Source: Isurus oxyrinchus
Taxonomy: Eukaryota
Length of the DNA stretch: 64,000 nucleotides
Assembly (NCBI GenBank): GCA_026770705.1
Contig: JANJGN010000020.1
Location: 61,566,001-61,630,000 of the forward strand
Reading direction: 5' to 3'
A program made the position numbers and the translations under genes. How positions within the stretch are numbered: the stretch's first letter is position 1; every line of letters begins with the position of its first letter. Below, in pieces: positions 50,270-63,300 of this stretch. The notes below the pieces were generated by a model. It saw nothing but the letters and a program-made list of their open reading frames with translations. It searched no databases and was not told the DNA's origin.

Positions 50270-53200
50270 CAGTATGATCATGGCTGACCTTCTGTCTCAA
50301 TTCCACTTTCCTGTCTGTTCCCCATGTCCCTTAATTCCCTGAAAGATCAAAAGTCTTTCTATCTGTAGTTGAATATACTCAACAGTGGAACATTCATAAC
50401 CTTCTGGGGATAGAGATTTCCTTTGAGTGAAAACATTTCTCCTCATCTCAGTCCTAAGTAATTGACCATTTTCCTGTGACTGTGTACCCATGTTCTGGAA
50501 TTGTCAGCCAGGGGAAACAATCTCTCAGTGCCTACCCTGTCAAGCTCCTTCAGAGTCTTGTATGTTTCAATGAAATCACCCCTAATTCGTCTAAACCCCA
50601 GAGGGTATAGGCCCAATTTACTCAGCCTCTTTTCATAGGAAAATTCCTAATCCCAGGAACAAATCTAGTAAACGTTGGCTGTACTGCCTTCAAGGTATGT
50701 ATATCGTTCCTTAGTATGGAGACCAAAACTGCACAGATAACTTCGTTTCTGCTGGGACTGTGTTTGAATCTAGGGACTTTTGGAAAATCATGACCAGGTG
50801 CATCCAAATATTTCTGCAGCTGCTTGAGAACCAAAGATGTAGGCCTGGGGATTTGTTGGCTTTTAGTCCCTTAAGTTTCTCATACTTTTTCTCTGCTGAT
50901 ATGAATTATCTTAAGGTCCTCACTTTTATTAGCTTCTGGATTACCCTCTAATTCAAGTATGTAATTTGTGTCTTGTCCTGTGGAGATGCACAAAAAATAT
51001 TTGTTCAATGTCTCTGCCATTTCCTCATTCCCTCTGTAGTTCCTCTAAGAGACCAGCAGTTATTTTAGCTACTATTTGTAAAACCCCTTACAATTGTGTT
51101 TTTAATTCCAGGCTAGTTTACTCTCATTCTATTTTTTCTGTTTTCACAACTTTTAGGCTACCCTTTGGTGGTTTCTAAAACTCTCCCAATCCTCATGCCT
51201 GCTACTATTCTTCTCAACATTTTACACCTCTTTTAATCTAATACTATCCTTAGCTTTCTTAGTAAGTTATATGGTTAGAGAAAGCATTAAGTAAGAAATA
51301 ATTGAAGCTTGTAATAAAGGGAATGTAATAATTTGTGGGGAATTTTAATTTTAATTGGCAAAAGTAGTCTGGCAGATGTGTTTGTAGAATGCTTTTGCAA
51401 CAGTTTCCTAGAACAATACATTGTGGAACCAGCTAGGAATAAAGCTAATATAGATCTAGTATTCAGGATTAAGAAGTTATCCATTGTAAAAACATTCTCT
51501 GGGAAAGGGTGTCCATAGTACCACTGAATTCCAAATTAAGTTTGAGTGCTGTACTCAAGTCCAAAACAAGGATCTTAAACTTAAACAAAGGCAATTACAT
51601 CAGCATGAAGGGAGGTTGGCTAATGTTGACCCCATTTGCCAATTTGATTTGTCCCATCTATATGAAGATTAAAGTCCCCCATGATTATTTGTTACAAGCT
51701 CCAATTATTTCTTGCTTAATGCTCTGTCCAATTGTATAACTACTGTTAGGCAAGTTATAAATGACTTCCAACAGTTTTTCTGACTCTTGTTCCTACTTTC
51801 CACCCGTACTGATTCTATTTCCTGAACCTCTGAGCCAAGATTTTTTCTAATGTTAGGAAGTAGGGGTGGCTTAAGTAAGTTATACTTGTATTTGTGGGTG
51901 TTAGGAATGCATTTTAGCTTTAAAGTTTAAGTTGGATTTGTATTTCTGTATCTGTGTGTTAAGAAAGGTCAAATGGAGTTTTAGTTTCACTTTAAAAGGC
52001 TGCTTGCATTTCTCATGAGACATTTACAACCCCTATAAAGTAAAGGTAAACACACAAGAGTAAGAAGAACAGTGCTGTTACCTAGCAACAGGGGGCCAGA
52101 TAAGCAGATTCCTCCCAGACACACACATACACAAGAAGAAAGACAGCAGTTTATTTTGGAATCTATTTGTGTTCAGTTGGTTTGAAGGCAGCTGTGAAGC
52201 AGAAGTAGCCTAAAAAGGGACAGATAGCAAGTGCCAAGCTAAGAAAAACCCCAAACGTCCAGGGGAGTGGAAGAAGAGAAAGTCCAAAGAAGACCTTTTA
52301 GTTAAAGGAAGGACAAGAACCTGGGAAAAGATCCTGTTAAGTGAAGTTAAGAGTGAGGGGCATAGAGAAAGGCTCCAAGCTTCAGATTTAAAGTGAGAAC
52401 GACTTGCAAGAAGGTTCAAAGAGACAACTGAAGGTCTGTAATTCTTTGCTATGGGCATGTGAAGTAGTGGTGTACTGTTAAGGCCGAGTTGGTGAGAGAG
52501 AATGCATGGAAGACAGCTTGAGTGCAGGTGGTGACCCAGAGAAGAGGAACATCAGAAGAAGAGTTTGAAAACCATGTGGAAGGTGTCTGAGCAAAAATGT
52601 CAGTTTGGGAGAAGACTCCAAGGTGAGGCCCTGGAGAGTGGAGATTCGAAACCCTCGTGTGAAGGACAGAGTTCAGTGAATCTGGCTGGCTCATGGTGTG
52701 ACAAGCGTCTGGGGCAGTTGGGGAGAGATCCATAGCATCCGTTTGGGGTGGCATCTGTCACTTGGTTTCAGAGTGTGGTGTGTCTGACCTCAGGGTGCCA
52801 TTGGTCTACGTGGACTGTGTACTTACTGTGAACTGTGTGGTATCAGGTAGCTTTTGTAACTTGTGCTATCCTTACAAATCTGTATACATCTGTAAAGGTA
52901 TAGTTGTGGGTGAAGGAGTATTGTAATATAGTTCATCTTTTCTTGTTGAATAAATGTTTTATTCTTTTTTAAAAGTTCATCAACTGACTTCTGTGATTTT
53001 GTTCAGTAGCTACTCTCCACGTATCTAAACAAACAAAAATAAAGTTAGGATCTATCAAGCTAGGTTCCACTCTGGGATCCAGGGGTAATCTCAGCTGTGG
53101 ATCGTAACAATAACTACTGTCCTTATGACATCATTTATTATTAAGGCTACTTCTCCTCCTCCTCTATTAAGCCTGACTTTTCAAAATGTTAAGTATCCTG

Positions 53201-54660
53201 GAATATATATTTCCCAATGTTAGTCACCTCGTAACAATGCCTCTTTGGTGCCGATTATATCAAACCCATTTATCACTCTTTGTCCTGCTAGTTCATTTGT
53301 CTTGTTTACCAATGTTCTTTGCATTCAGATAAAAATCCTTTAACTTCATCTCTTAACACCATTCTTTGCAAGGACCTTATTCAGTGATGCACTATTACTG
53401 TTAAACTTTCTGTCCCTTCCTGTCCCACTCTCTTTGCTTTTATGCAGCATTACAGTACTCTCTTGCCTCAACATTTCTCTTTAGATTTATACATTTCCCT
53501 TTAGTTTAAAGTCTTATCTAGAGCCCTGGTGATACAATTCATCAGGATGCTGTTCCCAGCTTGGCTTAAGTGGAGCCCATCCCAACGGAACAGTTCACTC
53601 TTTTCCCAGTACTGTTATCAACGCCCCAAAAATTGAAACATTCATCACTCTTTGAGCCACACGTTTAATTCTCTGATCTTAATTGATCCTTTGCATGTTT
53701 CCCAGGTGAGATTCCAGAGATTATTAACTTTGAGGTTCTGCATTTTAATTTGACCTTAATTCCTCAAACTTTCTCAGTAGAACATCATTTCTAGTTCTAC
53801 CTATATCGTTGGTTCCTATGTGGACCATGACGACTGGATCCTCCCCTTCCCACTCCAAGTTCATCTCCAGCTGTGAGGAGATGTCTTTAACCCTGGCAGA
53901 AGGCAGGCAACACAACCTTTGGAACTCCCAGTCATTATAGCAGAAAGCAATATCTATTTTCCCCCACTATACGTCACCTATGACTTTTCACTCCCCCTAT
54001 TTGAATGGCTTCCTGCACCAAGGTGCTGTGTTCAGTTTGTCTATCCAACCTACAGCCGTTGTTCTCATCCACACAGGTAGCAAAACTGTATACGTGTTGG
54101 TCAAGGGCTAAGCCCTTTCATCAATACATCCTGGATCCTTAAACCAGCCTGATTCATGGTCACACTGTCCTGTCTCTGGCCATTGACCAACTTTAAACTT
54201 CTGTTAACCTAAGAGATGTGACTCCTGGAACAAAGTACCCAGGTAACTCTCCTCCTCCCTGCAATGTCCACAGCTCAGACTCCAACTTTAACAAACCTGA
54301 ACACAAGTTCCTCAAGCTGCAGACACTATAGATATGGTTGTGCAGGATTGCACTGCTGTCCACAAAGTCCTACATGGTGCAGTTATTGCACACCAACCTG
54401 CTCTTCTATGCCTATCCAACCGTATTTATTTGATTAGTTAATTAGTTACTAATTTAAGTTGAATAATAGCAAGTTATTTGTTGCTTAGACAAAAAAAAAC
54501 ACTCACTAGCTCCTGAAAATAAAACAAAAATAATGAGAAGCAACACCTTGTTCCTTTCTGCATCAAATTCCCACTTGCACCAAATTCCCAACTTTGACTC
54601 CCTGTTTTTCTAAAACATTTAGTTCTGCGATCACTCTGTGCAGTAGCAAATGTTGTTTAC
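50270..54660 (-). mobile_element. Fragmented CR1 LINE (3' end, endonuclease region, 5' part) with internal inversion and solo-LTR insertion
   Basis: Minus-strand RTEMRRNVFTQR and LRNDIHTLKAVQPTFTRFVPG. The endonuclease segment FLEQYIVEPARNKANIDLV is on the + strand at 51270-51625. The LINE continues across the LTR at 51851-53109. Confidence 0.7.
51851..53109 (+). mobile_element. Solo LTR (~1.26 kb)
   Basis: TGTTA...TAACA termini, 4-bp TSD ctaa/ataa and AATAAA at ~52949. It interrupts otherwise continuous CR1 sequence. Confidence 0.75.
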
Positions 54661-55124
54661 TTATGTAAAACTTCTGACTCCCATCCAAGGAACAACTTTC
54701 TAAGTTAGCTTCCTGCTACAGTAATTGAGACACCTATTCAGGCAACCACTTTTAGCTGATTGACAGTTAACTGCCACCGACAGACAGTTTCTGCTAACCA
54801 AGTATCTTAACTAGCTTGCCATTTCTTCAATAGTTTTAAAGTTTTAATTCAAATTCTAAATTGCCAAATGATATTTCATCTCGATAGATACTTACCAGAC
54901 AAATCTCTCTTGCACCAATTCCTGACTTTGGCACACTCTTTATAAAGTACTAAGTTTTGCAATAACTCTGTGCCTAACACTCTCACTTTCCACATTCTCT
55001 AAATACATTGATGCTCTTCCAAAACAGCTTTGTTTTTGAAAATGCTTTTCTCTATTTGTCTCTGTAGTCTAATGTAGCAATGTTGTTGGAGCTAGAAGCC
55101 AAGAGTACATATCTGTCTACTCTA

Positions 55125-56329
55125 TGTTGTGATCCAAGCTGATGTCAATGTTGGACAAGTCAGAACCCAGAGTGAAACCTGGCTCGCTAAATCCTACCAT
55201 TTTTTTAGAAACCTGGAGGTAAGTTACGGAACAAAATCACAGGAGTCTGCTGATGAGCTTTTTAACACAAAGAATGAAACATTTATTCAACAAGGTGGTG
55301 GCATAGTGGTATCGTTACTAGTCTAGTATTCCAGAGACCCTTGTTATGGGGACCTGGGTTCAAATTCCACTGTGGCAGGTGGTGAAATTTGAATTCAGTA
55401 AAAATCTAGAATTAAAAGGCTGATGATGACCATGAAACCATTGCCTATTGTAGTAAAAACACATTTGGCTCACTAATATCCTTTAGGGAAGGAAATTTGC
55501 TGTCCTTACCTGGTGTGATTCCAGACCCATAGCAATGTGGGTTGATTCTTAAAATAGGGATGGATGGTAAATGCTGGCCTGGCCAGAGACACCCACATTG
55601 ACCAAAGCAGATTTTATGGATTTCTCAGCAACCCACTTGGACATTTGTCGCATTGTGAATCTTCCAGTCTCACAGAAACTTTGTCTTTCTCACAAGGGTT
55701 TCCAATTTCCACATTTGAAGAATTGCCTCAGAATTCTCTCTAAACGTCACTCCCACTCAGATGGCTTCAAAAGGATCCATGTCCAGGGTTTCAATCTTGC
55801 GCCTTTTGAGACTCTTTTCCCTTGGATCTCCAAGTACTCTTGGGCTTCACCTTCCAAGCCCACTTTCATATCTTCAGCTGTGCCAAACAGTACACCACTG
55901 CTCCAAAAGGGTACCCTTGCCTTTACGACCCACAGCACAGAACCACCAACCTTCTTGGTTTGGGACCTTCTCCCTGTCCCCCTCCTGTGTCCTGCTTCCT
56001 GGGAAACCTTCAGTACAATGGTGCTCCAGTTCAAGTCACCTGACCTGCCCTTTCACACCATTTCACTTCTTTACTTCCTTTTCTCCTGCGCTTGCATGCA
56101 GGGCCAATTCCTGGCCTGAAGACGTGAAAATGGTCAAACTGCGCATGTGCAGTCATTTCCTGGCTGGCGCATGTGCAAAAAACCCAAAGATCATAAAAAA
56201 ACATGAACTGTGCATGTGCTGCCATTTCCCAGCTGGCACATGCCCAGACATTCCAAAGCCCACCAGGAACTGTAGTTCCCAAACTGTGACTTTATTTTAA
56301 ACCTAAGGTAAGTTTCAGAGCTCGTTACA
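55125..56329 (-). mobile_element. Related solo LTR in opposite orientation
   Basis: 55125-55293 is homologous to the reverse complement of 52940-53109. Termini TGTTG...TTACA with TSD tcta/tctg. Confidence 0.7.
55294..55600 (+). mobile_element. tRNA-derived SINE nested in the LTR
   Basis: Pol III A box TGGCATAGTGG, B box GGGTTCAAATTCC, and a LINE-like 3' tail aatgctggcctggccag. Confidence 0.7.
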
Positions 56330-59300
56330 TCTGTTTATAGCTTTTCTAAAACACCTACTGTATTCTTGTTTTACCTGTACCTCTGCTCCAACCAACTCTC
56401 CAGCAATTGGATGTTTTTCTGCAATATGATGGTCTCAAATGAGAGGTGCTTTATGCTAATTTTGTCTGGAGCTGCAAGCAGTTGCTAGATGTGAACAAGG
56501 TTGGGTTTTTGCATACTTTCAGAAACATCCTAATTGATCCCAATTCATAAGTGCTTTGTTTGACTTCTGAAGCTAACAATTTTAACTGATGCCAAAGTTT
56601 GGCCTTATGGTGTGTCAGCTTGCCCACCTAAAGCAATGTTGCTCAGTTCTCTTGTGTAACTGTAAACCTACCCATTGCACAGACACCACAAGTCTATAGG
56701 GCATGAACTGATCTGTTTCTTAAGATTTTCAGGTTCTGATTTGAGCTGGCTCCAACCTACTTGCTGGCGTGAAATCAGTTTGCAAAGTGGAAGACAGATT
56801 AGGTAGGGGTGCAATACCAAAGGGTATCAATTTCTGTATTGAGATACTTGTTAACTGTCGATCAGTTTAGTTCAAGGTATTGTCTGCCAACTTTTGTTGG
56901 ACCACATATTTTGCTTAGCTACAACACAGATGCAAGAGTGATATCGAGACTGATATTACCAGACTGATATGGGTATCAGTCCAGGCTTGTTGAGGTACAC
57001 AGCAGGCAAACCTAAGGAAAAGCAATGTTTTTTGTAATTTATTTCTTTCTCGCCTTCTCCCTCCCAAAATAACCTACTTATTTTGTTCCCTATCTTCTCT
57101 TTCTCTCTCCTCCAAAACAGATTAAATGGTCATTAATCTAACTTCTGCTTGTGAAATTTTGGACTTTTAGATATTTCTGAGAATCGTAATAAGACACTAT
57201 ATAAATGCCATCCTTATTTTCAAATCGTCCCATGAAAAACCCCTTTCACAACTGGAAGGACGGTTAGTGATCCTATTTCTACTCTTTTGTCGAGGTTACT
57301 TTTAGCTAGTTACAAGATACACGTACAGGTTCCAATGGCCCTTTTGCAACTTTAACCTCTCCCTCTTGCGTTCACTCAGCTACTCCGACATGGAAAGATT
57401 AAAATTGGAACCTCATAATGCAAGACCTCATTGACATGAACCTACAGTCTGCGATTTCATGTCTGTGTGTTCAAAATTTCAGATTTACCATTTTTAAAGT
57501 CCTGGGTGGCCAGTTGTACCTTCATTTCTGTAGTCCTGTCCAGGGTGAGCTTCTGGTTATAAGCTTATTATGTACATGTTATTATCAATGTATTGGAAAA
57601 ATTTAGGATTTTCCCTCTCCCATTTCCTGTTACATAATACTTTTTCCATTTGATAATGACATTGCAGTTTTAGTTTGTCGACATAGACTGAATTTACAAT
57701 AAGCAAATAAAAGGCAATTCAGTGACACCAGAGATCCCCCACATTGTGTATCTGTGTGGTTAATGGTGGCTATCAGGGAGAGGCTGACCATTTCTTCACA
57801 GGGGAAGAGTCACTTTGGATTGCTATCGGACAGCTCCTGGTGGCCATTTTGAAAGTTCTTCATTGGAGCCCATGGGTGCCACACCTATGGGGGTTGGAGA
57901 GGAACCAACAGATCTTTAGAAAAGGAAATAAAATATATTGAGAATAGGGCAACAATCTGTAATTACAGATACTAGAATAGTCTAGCTTGGTCACTTTTTA
58001 ATTGAGCATTATTATTGTCTTATACTCCACTTGGCACCACAATCTTAATTATAAATTGAAAATGCTGGCAATTCACAACAGGTTAATCATTATCTGTAAA
58101 GAGCAAAGATACGTTATGATATATCGGGTGTGCACCTTTCATCAGAACACTTTGTAACCAGCATTGAAAATGCAGTTTGCTCTTCCAAGCTGTTTGTAGA
58201 TATCCTGAACAGCACAGTAAGTGACAGGCAGCCTTTAAATGTAGCAATAATGAAGCTGATGCACACATTCTTTACATGATTTAATCACAGGGCTGAATGT
58301 ATTACACATAGCAGTCAAAGTACAGCAAGCTTTGTCCAGTGAGAAATCAGTTTCCACCACAGAGATCAACAACTAGCTTCATGAAAAGTTTGCTATCAAT
58401 GGAAATTTCCATTTGGGAAAGTAGATCCGGTTGGTAAAAGTACTGATGAGATGACATCAACCTGCATCTTGTCAAGGTCCATCTTTAGTAAATGTTACTT
58501 TGTGCAAGGTTAAGGTTATAAATCTTAAATGTCATATCATACACTAGGGCTTTCCAGGGATAAAAATTATTTAATGATATGTGGACCTGTGCTTGACGTC
58601 ATACTCATTTATCTTGTGAAGGGGCAACGGTACAGTATTTCCAAAGCAATGTCAATTTGAGAGAAAAATGAAAATGTCAGAGTGTGCTGATACATCTTCA
58701 GCAGAATTTTCCCCATTAGATAGAAGATTATAGTGCAGCGGAATTTACAAAGCAATTTAATGGCCCAGATTTTGCAATAGTAATGATAATGGAACTGTCA
58801 GTGCTTGCTGTCATTACTTCTCTGAAACCAACAATAACTCCTGTACATGCGCAGTTAAAAGCAGAAATCCACAAGTTGCTATCAGTGATTTTATATTTCT
58901 CCACAAGGTGTGCTATTGAAGTCCCTACAGATTGAAATCAATTAGAAGTCTTGCTGTAAAGATGACTGAAGTAGCTGAAATTTGTTAAATGAGGTGTAAC
59001 TGGGTTTTTAACAAGCGCTTAGATGATAATTATTTATGAACAACCTCTCTGGCCCTGAAAAACTAATTTTATATGTATGGAATGTCAAGTTTCTCCACTA
59101 TGATATAAAAATTGCACCTATTTTAGAAAAAAAAGTTTGTTTATGATATCTCACCTTCTATCTTAATCCCATGTATTTGTCCCAATCTTTATTTTGTTCT
59201 CTGCAGCGGTATTAAAAAGTGAAGGAAATTCAGAGCATGTTATTTCCTGGTTTGCTCTCTGTGAGAATTTTTCAATGTGGTTGGATGTTTAAAATACTTT

Positions 59301-59727
59301 ATGGCATCACTGTTGCTGGAGATCCTCTTGACCTGGTACCAGATTCAAATTAATGTTGGGCAAGGTGAAATCCTTACCACAGAGATCACTAGATCTTTGT
59401 GGGCAGCTTCCTTTGAGATCAGTGGCAGATGCTGGATGTCCAGTGGGATGTGCAAGAGGATCAGGCAGGGATCCATGAGGGTATGCATGCCATGGCCTCT
59501 GTTGTGGAGGAGTCCGTGCGGAGCATGAGCACTGTGTTGACCCTCATCGCTGAGCGCACTGCCTTCTCTATTGAGAGTGGTGACTCTCATGGAGAGGCAA
59601 CTCCAGGAACAGAATCAGCGGTTCCTGGGGTTGCATTCGGACCTGCAAGTCCTCACACAGGTAATAACCTCAGGAGGCCAGTGCCAGTGTGGCAGTTGGA
59701 TGAGGCGTCCAGTATCCAAGTTAAGTG

Positions 59728-59940
59728 AAACAAAAACAAAAATAGCTGGAAAAACTCAGCAGGTTTGATAGCATCTGCAGAGAGGAACACAGTTAACGTT
59801 TCGAGACCGTATGACTCTTCATCAGAACGGACTCGAAAAGTTAACTGTATTCCTCTCCGCAGATGCTGTCAGACCTGCTGAGTTTTTCCAGCTATTTTTG
59901 TTTTTGTTTCATGTTTCCAGTATCCGCAGTATTTTGCTTT
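59728..59940. mobile_element. Penelope-derived tail-to-tail insert inside the Harbinger
   Basis: Inverted arms and a 15-bp TSD tat(c/t)caagttaagtg (59713-59727, 59941-59955). Hammerhead motif with canonical CTGATGA core on - strand at 59792-59828. Confidence 0.85.
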
Positions 59941-60638
59941 TATTCAAGTTAAGTGCCCGTCCATCAATGGCGAGCAGGGAGTCCAGAGTGACTTCACATT
60001 GGCACATGAGCTGCTTGTCATCTCTGCGGGCTCCTCTCAGGATGCTCTGGATGATGGCAACAGTTCCTCCACCCCTCTGCCAGTGACTGTGGCATCTGAT
60101 GAGGCTGCAATATCTAGGGAGAGGCCAGCCGTGGCACTGGCCACTCCCTCCCAGGCAAGGCCAGCACAGGCTGCACTGGCCAGAGGATAAACACCAAGGT
60201 CATCAAGGCCAACAGGGACAGCAGAGTCAGCAGGCTGCCTCCAATGCTGCTGCCAGCGAGGAGGGACAATAGATGCAGCACTTGCAAAAGTAAGTTTAAG
60301 GCACCGTGAACACAAGAGGGACTGTTCACAGTCAATCTTCTTCTCTGCCATGTTTTGTTAATATGTTTACTGTTGTGACCATTAACACCTTATATTGCTA
60401 TGTTCATTTGATATGAGTGCCAACATTATATAAATGTTGCTTTTGTCTTAATGGCCTGAGTATGCTTCACTTGTTTCGTAGGTGCAGGGCACGCCTGTAC
60501 CTCATGTTGAACATCAGTGGCTCTAAACTTTATTGCACAAGCACTGAATGTACTTTGGATTCCAAGGAAAGGGTCTTTTCAACCATTCAGGATGGAGGCG
60601 GCACCCCTAGCATGAGGTGGAAGCAGATCTTTGGCAGC

Positions 60639-61863
60639 CTAGATGAAGGAGAATTGGATCAAGATATTCCTGGTGTTCCTGTTTCCCTGAAGGATCCAGA
60701 GGTCTGCCTCCATGTCCTCATCATTCTCCTCACCGGGCTCCCCTGACTCGCCACTGGATTCATCATCTGTGGCCTGTGGAGCTGTCTCAAGATCTTTCTC
60801 CAGTGAGTCCCCTCTTGCCAGTGCCAGATTGTGGAAAGTGCAGCATGCAATTACTATCAGTGACAGACACTTCAGAGGATATTGTAGTGCTCCCACTGAA
60901 CAGTCTAGGCATCAGAAGTCCATCTTGAGAAGATCTATGGTCCCCTCTATCACCAAACTTGTGGAGGCATGACTCCTATTTTAATGTTGCTCTGCCTCTG
61001 TTCTTGGGTGGCAGAGAGACGTCATAAGCCACTTTTTCAACAGATAACCCTTGCCACCCAGCAACCATCCATCCAGTCAGGCTGGAGCTGTGAACAGCCT
61101 TGGCACCTGTGAGTGCCTGAGGATGTAAGCATCATGGGAGCTGTCAGGGTACCTTGCACAGACTTGCAGAATCTGCGTCTTGTGGTCAAAAACTATCTGG
61201 ATGTTCTTCGAATTGAAACGCTTCCTGTTGACGAAGGCACACAGCTGACCCACTGGCGCCTTGATGACTACATGTGTGCAGTTGATTGCACCCTGGATGC
61301 AGGGGAATCAGCAATCGCTGCAAACCTTCTGACTCGCTCAGCCTGGCTGGCCTTGTCCGTATGGAAATGAATAAATATCATTACCTGCCTGAACAGATCA
61401 TCAGTCACCAGCTTCACACAACTCTAGACAGCTGATTGCGACACTCCACAAAGATCCCCCACTGACCCCTGGAAAGAGCCATAGGCATAGAAGTTGAGGG
61501 CCACTGTGACCTTCAGAGCCACTGGCATGGGGTGTCCCTCCACACATTTGGAAGTGATTTCACACCCATCGCCTGACAAACGGGGTCAGAGTCTCCCTGG
61601 AGAGGTGGAGCCTCCTTCGGCATTGCACCTCAGACATGTTGAGGTAGCTGCATCGCTGCCTGTAAACCCTGACAGCAGGATAGTGGCATCTTCTGCGGCC
61701 CCTTCCACCTTGGGCTACATGCGCCTTGGGCCTCTTGTGCCTGCACCTCTCCTCCCACAGGTTGCTCCTCTGGAAGCTGCATTGGGACACCTGGCCTCCT
61801 CTCCTTTCTGCCCCTCTCCTCCTCAGAGGAGGAGGTGCCACCAGCGGAGAGCACAATCGCCAT
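60639..61863 (-). pseudogene. Harbinger (HARBI1-like DDE) transposase, disrupted
   Basis: [75 protein letters not shown] and GALQYPLKCLSLIVIACCTFHNLAL, with stops and frameshifts. Confidence 0.88.
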
Positions 61864-63084
61864 TACCAGGGTATCAGAAGGCCGTATGGCACCTGGAAAG
61901 GTCCACATAGTCAAAATCATCAGGAGGCTTTGGAGACACCAATGAGTCCTGAACGAAGCTTAGAACTGCTAAGATTGAAGCTCAGAACAGAGATGAAGCT
62001 GTTAAGTTCAAATAAACAACCAGCAGCAAACTATCTCCTAAACTCCTCACTACTCACAATGGCAATGGTGCTGACCCTTTTTATCCTGCCCTTGGAAGAA
62101 GGTTTGTTAAAAGTGGGCTGCCCGCCTGCCCATTTTGCCAATGCAAAATCATGTAAAATCGGGATCAGTCACCTTTTTAATGGCCTTAAGTGGCCCTTTA
62201 ATTGTTGGCAGGCACAGCTGCGACACCCTTGCATGCCCACTGACCTGAAGATTGCTCACATGCGGGATGACATCGGGCCACTCACCCAATGTCATCTTGC
62301 ACAATTTCACGTCCGTTCGGGTCAGGCATGCACTCACCCATGAGACGTAAAATTCTAGCCATATAGTTCCTGGAGATGTGGATTCCTAACAAAGTTAAGT
62401 AAACATTAACCTACAGAAATGCAGTTAACTACTGTGCTTAAAATCTTTATAAGTGTTTCACTGACCCATTTATATGATGGATTGTACCAGCGTTCATTCT
62501 ATTATGTGATTGATACTCTTATGAACCCGGGGTTTAAGAAAGATACCTGCCAAATACAAACAACTAGAAGTTATAATTGGTATCTCAGCAACTTTTGGAG
62601 TACTTCTTTTTCGTTTTTTGTCCTCCGCGCTGAAATTTCCCAGCACTACTTATTACAATCCCTAGCTGGGAGGACAAGTTGTTTCTAGGCTTTAGCTTTG
62701 TATGATGATCTGCTGCATGGTGCAGAGAGGGTCCTGAGTTGATTCGCCTTTTAGTTTGTTCTTTTGTTCAGTGAGAATTATTAGAAATTTCCACCACAGT
62801 ACAACTGCAATTGAAAGCTTAGCATCAGAAATCATAGCAAATACATCATTGACAATCAGTCTCCCACCACTCCTAAAGTTACGTGCTGCATTAGCAATGT
62901 GTGGGTAACTTTGTTATATTTGCAAAATTGACAACATTCATCAGATAAATCCTCTACTGCTGCTCCTGACCTGATGCTGGAGAGTTCATAGAGTTGAGGG
63001 TTTGATTGGATAAAAGAGAAAAGGAAAAGATTCAAATGGAAGATGAAAACACTAACTTGATGTTTTAACAGTGACCTCACATCC

Positions 63085-63300
63085 CAACATGAATCACAGA
63101 ACTTTATTTTTTGGTGTCTTTCATCAGTACTGGGTCAAAAATCCAGGTATTTCCTAACTAAGACCATTGTGGGAGCACCATCCCCACAAGGACTGCAGCA
63201 GTTCAAGAGAAAGGTTCCACACTATCTACTCAAAACAAGTAAGGATGAGCAGTAAATGCTGCCTTGCCAGCATCAGCTATATCCTGAAAAATAAAAAAAA
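63085..63300 (+). mobile_element. LINE 3' tail fragment
   Basis: ggactgcagcagttcaag...aaatgctgccttgccagc...A-rich end. The same tail occurs in reverse at 29065-29200, 30125-30210 and 48655-48830. Confidence 0.6.

Larger units (their letters stand above)
59400..62360. mobile_element. Left-truncated autonomous-type PIF/Harbinger transposon
   Basis: Transposase pseudogene on -, a convergent second ORF remnant on + (~59430-60308) and right TIR AAAATTCTAGCC at 62360. The subterminal sequence is shared with family A MITEs. Confidence 0.85.

Noticed and set aside
55294-55370. tRNA gene
   Set aside because: The A and B boxes belong to a SINE head; there is no complete cloverleaf and a SINE body and tail follow.
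55571-56300. Overlapping 182-aa and 179-aa ORFs
   Set aside because: They lie antisense within a solo LTR and have no recognisable domain.
58762-59400. Left TIR of the Harbinger at 59400-62360
   Set aside because: GGCCCAGATTTT looks TIR-like, but its flank (AAT) does not match the right flank (ATA) and the AT-rich interior appears to be a separate older element.
60639-61863. HARBI1 host gene
   Set aside because: Has stops and frameshifts and sits in a TIR element with a convergent second ORF, so it is a transposon copy.
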